This document shows positions 25,291-39,285 of a DNA stretch of 60,000 nt, piece by piece. The stretch's first letter is position 1. Each line of letters begins with the position of its first letter. Source of the DNA: Felis catus (lineage: Eukaryota); assembly GCF_018350175.1 (NCBI RefSeq), contig NC_058368.1, positions 172,610,001-172,670,000 of the forward strand, in the 5' to 3' direction. The translations under genes and the position numbers were made by a program. The notes under the pieces were generated by a model that did not search any database, was not told where the DNA came from, and saw only the letters and a list, made by a program, of their open reading frames with translations.

Positions 25291-26312
25291 ATTAGACCTG
25301 GTCAAACAACTCTTTGACCCACCACCTACCCACTCTTTTCCAGTTCCAGGGAAGTTCCTAGACAGCTTTTTCCATCTGTGATACTTGGGAACAGAAAAGT
25401 GGACAGCAGGCAGCAACAAGCACCCGCACAGAGGGAACTACCAACCTGGGCCTCCCACCTCTCTGTCTGTAGCTCTTCCCATGCTCCTGCTTGGCCTCCA
25501 TCAGCCCCCAAAGCCTTTCATCAATGGAGAGTCAAGTCACCCCACCTTCTCTGGAGCCTCATCCCTTCCCTGTCCTACCCGAGGCTTCCTCAGGATGTCA
25601 GTTGTCAAACCCTTCCCTGCGGAGGCTGTTGAGTAGGGCACCAGCTACAGACAGCAAGAGGGCTAAGGGCTCAGCACCAGCACACACTTACTTAATCTCA
25701 CCTGTGCCTCCCTGGCTTGCCAGGCACTGGGAAAGGACAATTTGCCCAAATGGGAGGATGCCTGCCCTCTACTGGCCACCAGTCGCTCAGGCCTCCAGCT
25801 ACCTCCCCTAATCTAAGCAGAAAAAAGAACAGGAAGCAGGCCCAGGAGGACTTGGCCTGGTGGTTGAGGGCTACAGAGAAAGGAAGGAGGAGGAAGGAAG
25901 TGCCCTGTGGAACTGGCAGACGGAGAAAGACTTCCAGGTGGGGGCAGGGACATGATGCACAGCAGAGGAGAGCAGAGATTGTTTCTCTGCCTGCCTGCCT
26001 TCCAGTCTTGTGTTTATTCTTAAAACAGACCTAGAGCTGATCAAGGGCATGACTCTAACTTTGACAATGGGACACAGATGAGTAAGACCCTCTTTTAGGA
26101 GAGGAGCTTCCAGTGGGTGGGAAAGACACTTGCATAAACAGAACTATGCCCAGAGATCAGGGCCATATGGGCCTGGGCATCCAGTGGCTGCCTGCTGTCC
26201 ACTTTTCTGTTCCCAAGTATCACAGATGGAAAAAGCTGTCTAGGAACTTCCCTGGAACTGGAAAAGAGTGGGTAGGTGGTGGGTCAAAGAGTTGTGTTTG
26301 ACCAGGTCTAAT
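25291..26312. repeat. Near-perfect inverted repeat (arms 25291-25414 and 26187-26312)
   Basis: The arms are reverse complements apart from a 2-bp indel; 772-bp spacer. Confidence 0.95.
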
Positions 26313-27495
26313 GTGCTGATGTGCTGTGGGCATCCAGGGGAAGCGCAGGGATAACCCTTCACAGTACAGTAGGCTCTGGAAATCTCCTGTACCTACAGCA
26401 GAAGCCAAGAGCCATAGATCCAGAGCTTCCAGGGTAGTGATGAGAAATATCCTCATGATATACACTCATGGGAGGGTACTGAGCCCAAACAGTGAGAATT
26501 TCAAAGGGACATTAGGGCAAAATTGCAGGGAGGAGGCTGCAACATCGAGACACTCCAATCTCAGCTTAGGCTGTTTTAAACACCTGAGTAAATTTGAAAA
26601 TCTAATTGGCTTTATTCAACAATTCATGAATAGGACAGCATCCCATCTAGCAGTCAGAAAGGAATTCTAGGGAGCTACACAAAAATGGAAGGCTTTTACA
26701 GGCAGAAGCTTTTACAGGCTTAGGCAAGGGACACTGGGGGGTCAACAAGGGAGGGAGCCAGGTTTTAGTTAGGCCAGGGAAGACTGTGAAGACTGCCCTT
26801 AGGATAGCAGTAGCCTGTAGGGAGAGGTGGAGAACACCAAGCACAGTGGAGACAGGCCAGATGACCTGGTGAACTGGCTTTAGAGGATCAGTTGGAAAAC
26901 ACCAAGGCTGAGAGCCCTGGGTGATCATGACTTCAAGGATTATGAGCCTCCAGTATCCTCATAAAGAAGTCTGGACCCTTCCAGGTCATAATGCTCCAGA
27001 GAGGCCCAAATCACAGGCAAGTGGACACAGACCCTGCAAGGGCCCAACACAGCACCAGGTGAAAGAGGCCCAGTTACCCTCTAAGGACCCAGTCCTGTTG
27101 GAGATCTCCATTTCCCCAGAGAGATCCAACCTGGACAGGTTTGTGATATGATTTGAGAAGATGAGGCAGAGAGAAAACCCCAATGTTGATTTCAAATGGG
27201 AGCAACAGTTAGCCAAGTATTTTACACCAATTGTTCCTTTATATAAAGTGGTTTTTCTGCCTTCCTATAAGGCAACTATTTGCTACCACATTATGGAGAT
27301 GGCTGGATTTTCTCCACATTCAGAAGCAATGTTTGGCATAGTTTGACTTAAAATATGAACTATATAATACACTTGAAATTTAGTTTTAAAGGCATTGGAG
27401 CATTTCATATATTTTTACTATAATAAACTGAAGTATGTATGGGAGAGGTATGTACTCCTGTACAGATTTTGAGCTAAATTCAGAAATTTACGTGT

Positions 27496-27698
27496 ATTTA
27501 TTTTTTTAAGTTTATTTATTTATTTTGAGAGAAAACATGCACACAAGCTGGGGAAGGGCAGAGAGCAAGGGAGAGAGAGAATCCCAAGCAGGCTTTGTGC
27601 TGTGCTGAGCACAACATGGGGCTCAATCCCACAACCATGAGTTCATGACCTGAGCTGCAATCAAAAGTCGGACATTCAACCAAGTCAGCCAGGCATCC
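27496..27698 (-). mobile_element. CanSINE
   Basis: Reverse SINE; TSD AGAAATTTAC(G/A)TGTATTTA. Confidence 0.9.
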
Positions 27699-28497
27699 AA
27701 GAAATTTACATGTATTTAATTTTGCCTTCATTTTATAATCAGGGACGGATTGGAAGGTCCAAATTTTCATTACTTCTTCTTAAGTGTTTGCTCTTGGGAG
27801 TTCTCGCATCAGAAGAACATAAGAGAAAAGACTCCTCATAATTTCCTTTCTGCCTCATCCCCAAACCCACCAAAAGCAGCAAAGCAAATAAGAAACAGCA
27901 ACTCCCTATCTTTGATTAAGTGGAGTTAGAGGGAAAACCTGTAACTCCAAACTCTAAAATAAATTAGAAAGACTGATAAGGGCAGAGAACACCAGGCCAT
28001 CCGGGGAGACCTTCAAGGCAGGGGCAGCACAGGACAAACCCATACAAGTCGATGGCCCACCTAGGAGCAGGGGCAGGGGTGGGGGGACAACAAAACAATC
28101 ACATTTGATACAGTAGAGTGGAAGGAGACACGGTGCTCAGAGAGATAAGAGACTGCATACAGCAGCAAACCACTACATTGGCTAACATGGGGAACAGAGA
28201 AGGGGTCTGGGGGAGGTAACAGCCCCAAAGCTGCAGCTCTTGATCAGCTCAGCAAAAAAGAGGTTGGCAGCCTTAGGCACAAGTACCTGTCTTCCCCATG
28301 AGACAGTACAAATACCTTGGCTTCTCCCCAACCCCATCCTTGTGAAAACAGCTAATCCAAGAAGAATTTGACCACAAAATGAATAGGCAAAGAATCTACG
28401 GGGGGGGGGGGGGGGAGAACATGGTGGCAGGGACGTAGACAGAGGATAAATAAAGGAGCAAGTGAAGAACATCTCTCCAAAATATTTTAGTGTAGAG

Positions 28498-31078
28498 GGA
28501 AGGAGCCAAGATGTGGAACAGTACAGAAGTTTTTTGTGTGTCTCCTGTCAATGAAATACAGCCATACCATACACTAAACCATCCTGCACACCTAGAAAAC
28601 TGATCTGAGAATTAACAATCTGCACAACCTGAACCACAGAATTCAGCAGGTATGTGGCATGGAGAGGTGAACTTGGGGAGAGAGAAGGCACAGAGGGTGG
28701 GGAGCCACTTTTGCATGCAGAGAGAGGATGGAGACTGGGGGAGAATATGGGAAAAGCACCCATCCCCAAAAGCAGCTGGAGAGAAAGTGGAAAATTGGAA
28801 ACAGCCACAGGGACTGAACTAAAAAGGCAAAAAGGACAAAGGAGAAAGGAGAGGGTTTAAATTCCATTAAGACTGTAATCAGGGGGAACGCAGAGTCTGA
28901 AACTTCGCAGCTCGATACCTGGCGGTGCTCTGGTGGAAAGGGCGAATCCCCAGGAGCAGAGTGGGGTCCGGGAGGTTCTTGGGCCACACGGGGAGAAGCG
29001 GTTCCACTGCTGGAAGGACATTTGGTAGAGGCTGTGAGGCCACCTGGGCCCAGCAGACCCCAGAGAATGGCCACATTCGCTGGTGCTGGAACAAGATTGT
29101 TGGGGGTTAAGCCTGGTGCCAGATGTGTGTTGTGATTTTCCATAATCCCTGAGGTGCTGCTGCTACACTATCTCGCGAACTTTTTCTGGGGTGGGCTGGC
29201 ACCTGGCTGCAGTCTCTGGGCATCAGCAGCATCACGGTCCCACAAGTGTTCCTGAGTGCGGCAGGCACCGGGCCATTGCTTGGTGAGATCCTCCGCAGGG
29301 GGCAGAGCAGGTCAAAGCCGCAGTGCCTCAGAAATGGGGGGCCAGGGAAGTCAGCCACATCTGAGACAAAACTCAGGAGGGAGGTGCTGCCAGGGGCGTG
29401 GTCACAGACAGTGTGGAAGCGGGGAGTGGACAGAAGCCAAAGATGGACGGGTGCGTGATTGCCAATCAGGGAGAACAGAGTTCTGAAACTAGAGACTGGG
29501 TAGCTGGGTGACACCATTTCACCACTGCCACACATGTGCATATGCACCTACAAGCGCCACAACAATTCACCCCAGTAGGCTAGCAGTGCCATCTAGTGGA
29601 GAACAGAGCCATTACACTAAGCCCCGCCCAACTGGGCCAACCTCACTCTTCAAGAACACAAGTCTCACCGCCTGCTTAGTTTATGGACTATAAAGCACTT
29701 TATAGTTTGACTTCTAGGGGAAAACAAAGTAATTTCAGTTGTATTTCAGTCTGTTAGCTGATCCAACTATTCAATTTTCTTTCTTTCTTCTTTTTCTCTT
29801 TTTTGTTTCTTTTTCTTGAATACAGAAAGAGAAAAAATTCAATTTATTTTCAATTTTTATTAAAAATATTTTTCTTTGTTTTTTTACCATATGTTTTACT
29901 TTTGTATAAATTTTTTTAAAATTCTATTTTGCTTCCATCATTTCATTTTAGTCTACTTCAGTGTATTCATTTTTTCAAATTTTCAAACGATTTCCTTTTT
30001 TTTTCTTTTTTTCCCCCTTTTTTCTCTAATCTATCAAGCCACTTTCAACACCCAGACCAAAACACACCTAGGATCTAGCATCATTTATTTTATTTTATGT
30101 GTTTGTTTTTAATTTTTTAACTTTAATACTTTTTAAAATTTTTTTAATTTTTTATACCTCATTTATTCCTTTTCTCCATTCAAAATGACAAAACAAAGGA
30201 ATTCACCCCAAAAGAAAGAGCAGGAAGAAATAACAGCCAGGGACTTAACCAACACAGATACAAGCAAGATGTCTGAACAAGAATTTAGAATCATGATAAT
30301 AAGAATACTAGCTGGAGTTGAAAATAGATTAGAATTCCTTTCTACAGAGATGAAAGAAGTAAAAACTAGTCAAAATTAAATAAAAAATGCTATAACTGAG
30401 CTGCAATCTCGAATGGATGCCGCGGTGGCAAGGATGGATGAGGCAGAACAGAGAATCAGTGATATAGAGGACAAACTTATGGAGAATAATGAAGCAGAAA
30501 AAAAGAGGGAGATTAAGGCAAGAGAGCATGATTTAAGAATTAGAGAAATCAGTGACTCATTAAAAAGGAACAACATCAGAACCATAGGGGTCCCAGAAGA
30601 GAGAGGAAGAGAGAGAAATAGGGGTAGAAGGGTTATGTGAGCAAATCATAGTGGAAAACTTTCCTAACCTGGGGAAAGACACAGACATCAAAATCCAGGA
30701 AGCACAGAGGACTCCCATTAGATTCTACAAAAACCAACCATCAACAGGCATATCATAGTCAAATTCACAAAATACTCAGGCAAGGAGAGAATCATGAAAG
30801 CAGCAAGGGAAAAAAAGTTCTTAACCCACAAGGGAAGACAGATCAAGTTTGCAGCAGACCTATCCACAGAAACTTGGAAGGCCAGAAAGGAGTGGCAGGA
30901 TATATTCAATGTGCTGAATCAGAAAAATATGCAGCCAAGAATTCTTTATCCAGCAAGGCTGTCATTCAAAATAGAAGGAAAGATAAAAAGTTTTCCCGGC
31001 AAACAAAAATTAAAGGAGTTTGTGACCACTAAACCAGCCCTGCAAGAAATTTTAAGGGGGACTCTCCGAGGGGAGAAG

Positions 31079-31121
<43 letters not shown>

Positions 31122-34100
31122 CAGACAGATAGATACCAAAGCAACAAAGATTAGAAAGACCAGAGAATACCACCAGAAACTCCAACTCTACAAACAACAT
31201 AATGGCAATAAATTCATATCTTTCAGTACTCACTCTAAACGTCAATGGACTCAGTGCTCCAATAAAAAGACATAGGGTAACAGAATGGATAAGAAAACAA
31301 GATCCATCTATATGCTGTTTATAAGAGACCCACTGTAGACCTAAAGACACCTTCAGATTGAAAGTAAGGGGATGGAGAACCATCTATCACGCTAATGGTC
31401 AACAAAAGAAAGCTGGAGTAGCCATATTTATATATCAAACTTTTTAGACTTTAAAATAAAGCCTGTATCAAGAGATGAAGAAGGGGTCTATCCACCAAGA
31501 AGACCTAACAATTGTAAACATTTATGCACCAAATGTGGAAGAACCCAAATATACAAGTCAACTAATCACAAACATAAAGAAGCTCATTGATAGTAATACC
31601 ATAATAGTAGGAGATTTCAACATCCCACTCACAGCAATGGACAGATTATCTGATCAAAAAATCAACAGGAAAAAATGGCTTTGAATGACACACTAGGCCA
31701 GATGGTCTTAACAAATATACTCAGAACATTTCATCCTAAAGCAGCAGAATATACATTCTTCTCCAGTGCACATGGAACATTCTCCAGAATATACCACATA
31801 CTGGGACACAAATAAGCCCTCAACAAGTACAAAAAGATAGAGATCATATCTTGCATATTTTCAGACCACAATTCTATGAAACTAGAAATCAACAAGAAAA
31901 AAATTGGAAAGGTAACAAATACTTGGAGACTAAAGAGCATGCTACTAAAGAATGAATGGGCCAACAAAGAAGTTAAAGAGAAAATTAAAAAGTATATGGA
32001 AGCTAATGAAAATGATAACACCACAACCCAAAACCTCTGGGACACAGCAAAGGCAGTCATAAGAGGAAAGTATATAGCAATCCAGGCCTTCCTAAAGAAG
32101 GAAGAAGGATCTCAGATACACAACCTAACCTTATGCCTTAAAGAGCTGGAAAAAGAAAAGCAAATAAAACCCAAAACCAGCAGAAGACAGGAAATAATAA
32201 AGATTAGAGCAGAAATTAATGCTATTGAAACAAACAAAAAACAGTAGAACAGATCAATGAAACCAGAAGCTGATTCTTTGAAAGAATTAACAAAATTGAT
32301 AAACCACTACCCAGTTTGATCAAAAAGAAAAAGGAAAGGACCCAAATAAATAAAATCAAGAATGAAAGAGGAGAGATCACAACCAAGATAGCAGAAATAA
32401 AAACAATAATAAGAGAATATTATGAGCAATTATATGCCAATAAAATGGGCAATCTGGAAGAAATGGACAAATTCCTAGAAACATATACATTACCAAAACT
32501 GAAACAGGAAGAAATAGAAAATTTGAACAGACCTATAACCAGCAAAGAAATCGAATTAGTAATCATAAATCTCCCAAAAAACAAGAGTCCAGGGCCAGAT
32601 GGCTTTCCAGGGGAATTCTACCAAACATTTAAGGAAGAGTTAACACCTATTCTCTTAAAGGTGTTCCAAAAAACAGAAATGGAGGAAAAGTTCCAAACTA
32701 TTTCTATGAGGCCAGAATTACCTTGATTCCAAAACCAACAGAGACCCCACTAAAAAGGTGAACTATAGACCAATTTCCCTGATGAACATGGATGCAAAAA
32801 TCCTCAACAAGATATTAGCCAACTGAATCCAACAATACATTGAAAAAATTATTCACCACGACCAAGTGGGATTTATACCTGGGATGCAGGACTGGTTCAA
32901 TATCCACAAAACAATTAATGTGATTCATCACATCAATAAAAGAAAGGACAAGAACCATATGATCCTCTCAGTAGATGCAGAGAAGGCATTTGACAAAATA
33001 CAGCATTCTTTCTTGATAAAAACCCTCAAGAAAGTAGGGATAGAAGGATCATACCTCGAGATCATAAAAGCCATATATGAAAGACCCAATGCTAATATTA
33101 TCCTCAATGGGGAAAAACTGAAAACTTTCCCCCTAAGATCAGGAACAAGACAGGGATGTCCAGTCTCACCACTGTTATTCAACATAGTATTGGAAGTCTT
33201 AGCCTCTGCAATCAATCAGACAACACAAAGAAATAAAAGACATCCAAATTGGCCAGGAGGAGGTCAAACTTTCACTCTTCGCAGATGACATGATACTCTA
33301 TATGGAAAGCCCTAAAGATTCCACCAAAAAACTTCTAGAACTGATTCATGAATTCAGCAAAGTGGCAGGATATAAAATCCATGCACAGAAATCAGTTGCA
33401 TTCCTACTCACCAACAATAAAGCAACAGAAAGAGAAATCAAGGAATCGATCCCATTTATAATTGCACCAAAAAACATAAAATACCTAGGAATAAATCTAA
33501 CCAAAGAGGTGAAAAATCTATACACTGAAAATTATAGAAAGCTTATGAAAGAAATTAAAGAAGACACAAAAAAAATGGAAAAATATTCCATGCTCCTGGA
33601 TGGGAAGAACAAATATTGTTACAATGCCCATACTACCCAAAGCAATCCACATATTCAATGCAATCCCTATCAAAATAACACCATCATTCTTCACAGAGTT
33701 AGAACAAAGAATCCTAAGATTTGTATGGAACCAGAAAAGACCCCGAATAGCCAAAGCGATCTTGAAAAAGAAAACCAAAACAGGAGGCATCACAATCCTG
33801 GACTTCAAGCTATACTACAAAGCTGTAATCATCAAGACAGTATGGTACTGGCACAAGAACAGACACTCAGATCAATGGAACAGAATAGAGAACCCAGAAA
33901 TGGATCCACAAACATATGGCCAACTAATCTTTGACAAAGCAGGAAAGAATATCCAATGGAATAAAGACAGTCTCTTCAGCAAGTGGTGCTGGGAAAACTG
34001 ACAGCAACATGCAGAAGAATGAACCTGGACCACCTTCTTACACCATAAACAGAAATAAACTCAAAATGGATGAAAGACCTCAATGTAAGACAGGAAGCCA

Positions 34101-35228
34101 TCCAAATCCTCGAGGAGAAAGCAGGCAAAAACCTCTCTGATCCTGGACAGCGCAAATTCTTACTCAACACGTCTCCAAAGGCAAGGGAAACAAAAGCAAA
34201 AATGAACTACTGGGACCTCATCAAAATAAAAAGCTTCTGCACAGTGAAGGAAACAATCAGCAAAACTAAAATGCAACTGACAGAATGGGAGAATATGTTG
34301 CAAACGACATATCAAATAAAGGGTTGGTATCCAAAATCTATAAAGAACTTATCAAACTCAACACCCAAAAAACAAACAATCCAGTGAAGAAATGGGCAAA
34401 AGACATGAATAGACACTTCTCCAAAGAAGACATCCAGATGGCCAAGTGACACATGGAAAAATGCTCAACATCACTCGACATCAGAGAAATACAAATCAAA
34501 ACCACAATGAGATACCACCTCACACCAGTAAGAATGGCTAACATTAACAACTCAGGCAACAACAGATGTAGGTGAGGCTGCGGAGAGAGAGGATCTCTTT
34601 TGCATTGTTGGTGGCAATGCAAGCTGGTGCAGCCACTCTGGAAAACAGTATGGAGGTTCCTCAAAAAAATTAAGAATAGAACTACCTTATGACCCACCAA
34701 TTGCACTACTAGGTATTTATCCACGGGATACAGGTATGCTGTTTTGAAGGGACATATGCACCCCAATGTTTATAGCAGCACTATCAACAACAGCCAAAGT
34801 ATGGAAAGAGCCCAATGTCCATCAATGGATGAATGGATAAAGAAGATGTGGTATATATATACAATGGAGTATTACTCGGCAATCAAAAAGAATGAAATCT
34901 TGCCATTTGCAACTATGTGGATGGAACTGGAAGGTATTATGCTAAGTGAAATTAGTCAGAGAAAGACAAAAATCATATAACTTTACTCATATGAGGACTT
35001 TAAGAGACAAAACAGATGAACATAAGGGAAACAAAAATACAAACAGGGAGGGGGACAAAGCATAAGAGACTCTTAAATATGGAGAACAAACAGAGGGTTA
35101 CTGGAGAGGTTGTGGGAGGGGGGGATGGACTAAATGGGTAAGGGGCATTAAGGAATCTACTCCTGAAATCATTGTTGCACTATATGCTAACTAGCTTGGA
35201 TGTAAATTAAAAAGTAAATTTAAAAAAT
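28498..35228 (+). mobile_element. Near full-length carnivore/felid L1, inactivated
   Basis: GGAGCCAAGATG start, GC-rich 5'UTR, ORF1 from 30185 (MTKQRNSPQKKEQEE...) to ~31084, ORF2 ~31202-34980 with EN and RT (FADDM-like) motifs, multiple stops and frameshifts, 3'UTR. Confidence 0.96.
31081..31134. repeat. (TAGA)n tetranucleotide at the L1 ORF1 stop / inter-ORF spacer
   Basis: Direct observation. Confidence 0.95.
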
Positions 35229-35236
35229 TATCTATA

Positions 35237-35425
35237 GGGGTGCCTGCATGGCTCAGTTGGTTGAGCATCCAACTCTTGATTTTAGCTCAGGTCATGATCT
35301 CACAGTTCATGGGTTCAAGCCCTGTGCTGTCAGTGCAGAGCCTGCTTGGGATTCTCTCCCTCCCTCTCTCTCTGACCTGCTCTCTCTCTCTCTCTCCCTC
35401 CCTCTCTAAAAATAAATAAACATTT
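35237..35425 (+). mobile_element. CanSINE
   Basis: SINE head, body and tail immediately after the L1 3' end. Confidence 0.9.
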
Positions 35426-35426
<1 letters not shown>

Positions 35427-35456
<30 letters not shown>

Positions 35457-35461
35457 AAGAA

Positions 35462-35558
<97 letters not shown>

Positions 35559-35560
35559 AA
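35427..35560. repeat. Compound (GAA)n(GAAA)n polypurine microsatellite
   Basis: Direct observation; derived from the SINE tail. Confidence 0.96.
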
Positions 35561-36672
35561 ATGCCCCCTCCATAACCCAAGCTCTGTGAAAAGCTACCTT
35601 GGATGTGGAAATCCTCAGCCCTGGAGGACCAGGCTAGAAGCATAGGACATTTCTAACACAAGGTGCTTTCCAAGAAGATTTCTGAAGGGAGGGTGTCATC
35701 CTTGTAACTAACTGCAAAGACTTATCTACAGAAAAGAATGTAGCCACATTAGCTTCCTCTCATCTCCCCAGGGGATGTACCACCTCTTGGATAGAAAATG
35801 AGAGTGGGCTTTGGAACAGAGGAAAAGAAGTGCCTCAAATTCAAGGCCACCAGTGTGGTTCATCCCAAATCAGAGTCTCTGGAGGCTCTAACAGAGAACT
35901 GCTTCCTTCTTCAAGGAGATGGCCAGGGTGAGCCAGATTCCTGGACCCACTGCTCTCTTCCTCCCAGAGCCGCTGATATACAGAAGCGATAACAGTCTGA
36001 GCGGTGGTGGCAGAGACCCAGCTTCCTAAGGGCCTAAGGGCATTCCAGCTACACCAGAACAGACTTCCCCACACCATACAGTGGGGTTCTGGAAGCAGCA
36101 ACATCCAGAGAAATCAACGTGCTTCTGGAGATTCTTCAAGCTTTCCAGGGTCCTATCCTGTAAACACCTTCACCCAGGACTGACCAGGGCAACAAAGTTG
36201 TGGACCCACCATGGGAAGGAAGACATTCTTGGAATGGTAAGTAGGGCCCCAAGCCAGTTAACAGGAACATTAAAAGACATGCAATGTGTTGGGGTTTTTT
36301 TTTGAATGGGGAGGAATCTAAGCTATTCCTATCACCATGATGTCATCCATTTAATAGATCAGCATGACACCATGTGGGTGAAGGTTGCTGTGCACTAAGT
36401 TGTTGCCCAGAGACTGGATATATCTTATGGCATCATGAGGTTATGTGTGCACTCCATCTCCTAAAGTTCATTCACTCATTGTTGCTCACAGGCTTTCAAG
36501 GCTCACTTGCTACAATGATGTGCCTCTTTCTCCTGACCCTGAAGATGCACTTTCCTTTTTCTCAAGCTGAACAATGTATCTACATTTCATATAATACTTT
36601 GTGTTTGGAGTGGGGGGACCTCTTCTTTTCTCCTCCATCTTGGTAATCCAAGGATGCATGAAACAGCAGCCC

Positions 36673-37185
36673 TGTGGCAGCCAGCTTCCAAGATGACCCC
36701 TAATGGTTCTTCCTTACTGGTATCCATGGTCCCGTGTAGTCCCTTCTCACACTGAACAGTATTGATCTGTGCAACCAATAGGATGCTGCAGAAATGAGAA
36801 CATGTGACTTCCAAGGCTGGGTCATAAAGGCATTGCATTTCTGCCTTGCTATCACTTGGATCACTTACTTGAGGGAAACCAGCCACCAAGTCAGGAGGAC
36901 ATTCCACTAGCCTTGTGGAGAGGCCCACATGGTGAGGAACCAAAGCTCCTTCCAATAGCCATGTGATGAGCTATCTTGGCTCCATCCTGGGTGAAGATCC
37001 TCCAGCCCCATCAAAGCCTTCATATGATGTGGCCCTGAGTGACATCTTGACTACACCTCATGATAGACCCTGGGCCAGAACACCCAGATAAGCTGCTCCA
37101 AATTCCTGACCCACAGAGAAATGATGTGAGATAATGTCTATTTTTGTTTTAAGCCACTAAGTTTTAGTGTAATTTGTTACTAAAA
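36673..37185 (+). mobile_element. MaLR solo LTR (MLT1E/F-like)
   Basis: TGTGGCAGCCAGCTTCCAAGATGACCCC start; TTTTAAGCCACTAAGTTTT end. Confidence 0.8.
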
Positions 37186-38087
37186 CAGTCCCTCTTGCCA
37201 ATTAACTACTCTGAAGAAGCCACCTTCTTACAGGCCAACTTTTAACTGGTGTTATTATTTTTAAATTCTCTGCAGACACACCCCTTATTGCCTGCATCCT
37301 GAATAGAAGCTTTCATCACATACCCAATGTGTGGCTACACGGAAGCCACCCTGAATTAACTACTTGTCAAGAAGCCAATGTAATGGGCATTGTGGATATG
37401 AGCAATGTAGGATCCCTACTCCCCACAGACTCAGGTCCCTGGGTGTGTGCTCCAAGCCCATTGGAGCTCACATCTCTTGCAGACTACTAGTCCTCTCATC
37501 TACTGGCCCCACTTGAAGCCAATAAATAATAGTGGGACTGGGGAGTGTGAGAGTGGGCTGCCCCCTGAAGACTCCCCATCCATACTCTGCCCTAATCTGA
37601 ATGATTTCCTACCACAACTATGTATTCTCAGGAGTGCAGATGAGACTCTTCCTCATTTCCGGTGAGGCAGAAGAATTCTTCTTATTACTTCAGTTTGACT
37701 ATTTCTGTCTGCAGAGAATTTAAAAACCGTAACACTGGTCAAAAGTGCAAACATGGAATGCCACTTAGGAAAAATTACTAAAACCTGGAGTTACAACATT
37801 ATCATACTATTAGAAAATTCTCTCTAGAGCAGTGGGTGGCAGGGGGCTGGAGGGACAAACTTAAGAGTCAGAATGCACTGCAGTGGAGTATTTTTGGCCA
37901 ACATAATGGTGATGACTTCATTGTTGTTTCCATGATAAATCACTGTATTAGCTGACTTCTGACAGGGTAGGCTATATTAGTTATCACAGTATTTCAGAAT
38001 GCTCTGGCCTTTAACTCTCTCTTGGCCAAGATCTTGTTAGGACACTTTTGTTTACAAATATCTTACTATATGTGCCAGGCTCTGTGC

Positions 38088-38573
38088 TGAAGGGAGCAGA
38101 ATATGCCACCCCCAAAATATGCCTCTTTGGCATAAGGATTATTGAGCTATAGTCCCTTGAAAAACAGCAGGTACAAGAAAGGAACTCTGACCTCCCTTTT
38201 ACTTCCTGAAAGCAGGAGATAAAACTCCCATGTGAAAGATGGTCTGCCTATACCAGGAGTAGAGAAATGTTATTATCACCAGAAACAGGGAACTGAGGCC
38301 AAGAGAAATCTGTACAAATAGATTTTGTTAAAATAATTCTTATCTTTAGTCTTGCCATTTTAGTTACTTTTCCACAATTGCCTCTCTTTGTTCAACCTAC
38401 TATATAAACACTTAGGCCTGGCCACCTCTGTGGGTCTTCAATTTCCTGTGGTGGTTCCCATGCACATGTGAAAATCTATATACTTTCTCCTATTAATCTG
38501 TCCCATGTCAATTTAGTTCTCTGGCTCAGCTGGAGACCCTAAGAGGATGGAGGTAAAGTTTTGCCTCCCTAGA
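38088..38573 (+). mobile_element. ERV1-class solo LTR (MER34-like)
   Basis: TGAAGGGAGCAGAATATGCCACCCCCAAAATATGCC...TTTGGCATAAGGATTATT; TATATAAA and an ATTAA-type signal. Confidence 0.7.
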
Positions 38574-38599
38574 GTACTAAGTTCTTGGTTTATATGTCA

Positions 38600-38740
38600 C
38601 AATCCCATGGGACACTACTTTTATCCCCATTCTCTATATGATAAGACTGAGTCCCAGAGAAATCAAGGCCTTTCCTGAGGTCACATAGCCATTAAGTGGT
38701 CGAGCTTGGACTGAAATCTAAATGTTTGAGTCCCAAGCCT
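38600..38740 (-). mobile_element. MIR fragment
   Basis: TTATCCCCATT...GACTGAG...GAGGTCACATAGC core. Confidence 0.6.
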
Positions 38741-39111
38741 ACAATGTACAGAGGAGTGAGTCACAGATGGCTTCAAAGAAAAAGACACCCTTGGACTGGC
38801 CGTTGAATGGTCAGTATAAGTTTATCAGACCCAGGAGGAGTAAAGGAGAGAATATAGTGTTTGAGCACAACAAGGTTGTAAGATGGGGTTGAAAGGTTGA
38901 AACCCAGGGTTCAAGGAAAACAGTGCTGAGGATAGAGGCTGCTACAAGCAAAGGCCAGCTCATGAGGGCCCTTAAATACCAGGCTTGGGGACTTGAAACT
39001 TACCCTGGGTGGCAGGGGGGGCAGGGCCTCCTGGGTGGTCCTAAGCTGGGGAGACATAGTCAGACTTGGTATTTCAAGACAATCTGGGGACAGCATGGAG
39101 GCTGAATTGGA

Positions 39112-39285
39112 ACAGCAGTTCTCAGCATGGGTGTGGATCAGAATCATCCAGGCTGCTTGTAAAACACACCTGGAACCCACACTCAAAAAGTGTGATTCAA
39201 CAGGGCTGGGAAGAGGCACAGGGATCTGCATTTTAACATTTTCCAAGTGATTCTGATGTGAATCATCACTTGAAGAAACACCAGT
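39112..39285. mobile_element. MER5-type hAT-Charlie MITE
   Basis: CAGCAGTTCTCA...GATCTGCATTTTAACA...GTGATTCTGATG. Confidence 0.65.

Noticed and set aside
30185..34980. L1 ORF1/ORF2 as an active element
   Set aside because: Many in-frame stops and frameshifts; not retrotransposition-competent
35798..35992. GTEEKKCL resembling TMED GETEKKCF
   Set aside because: Only a short motif, with no signal peptide, flanking similarity or matching donor site; likely chance
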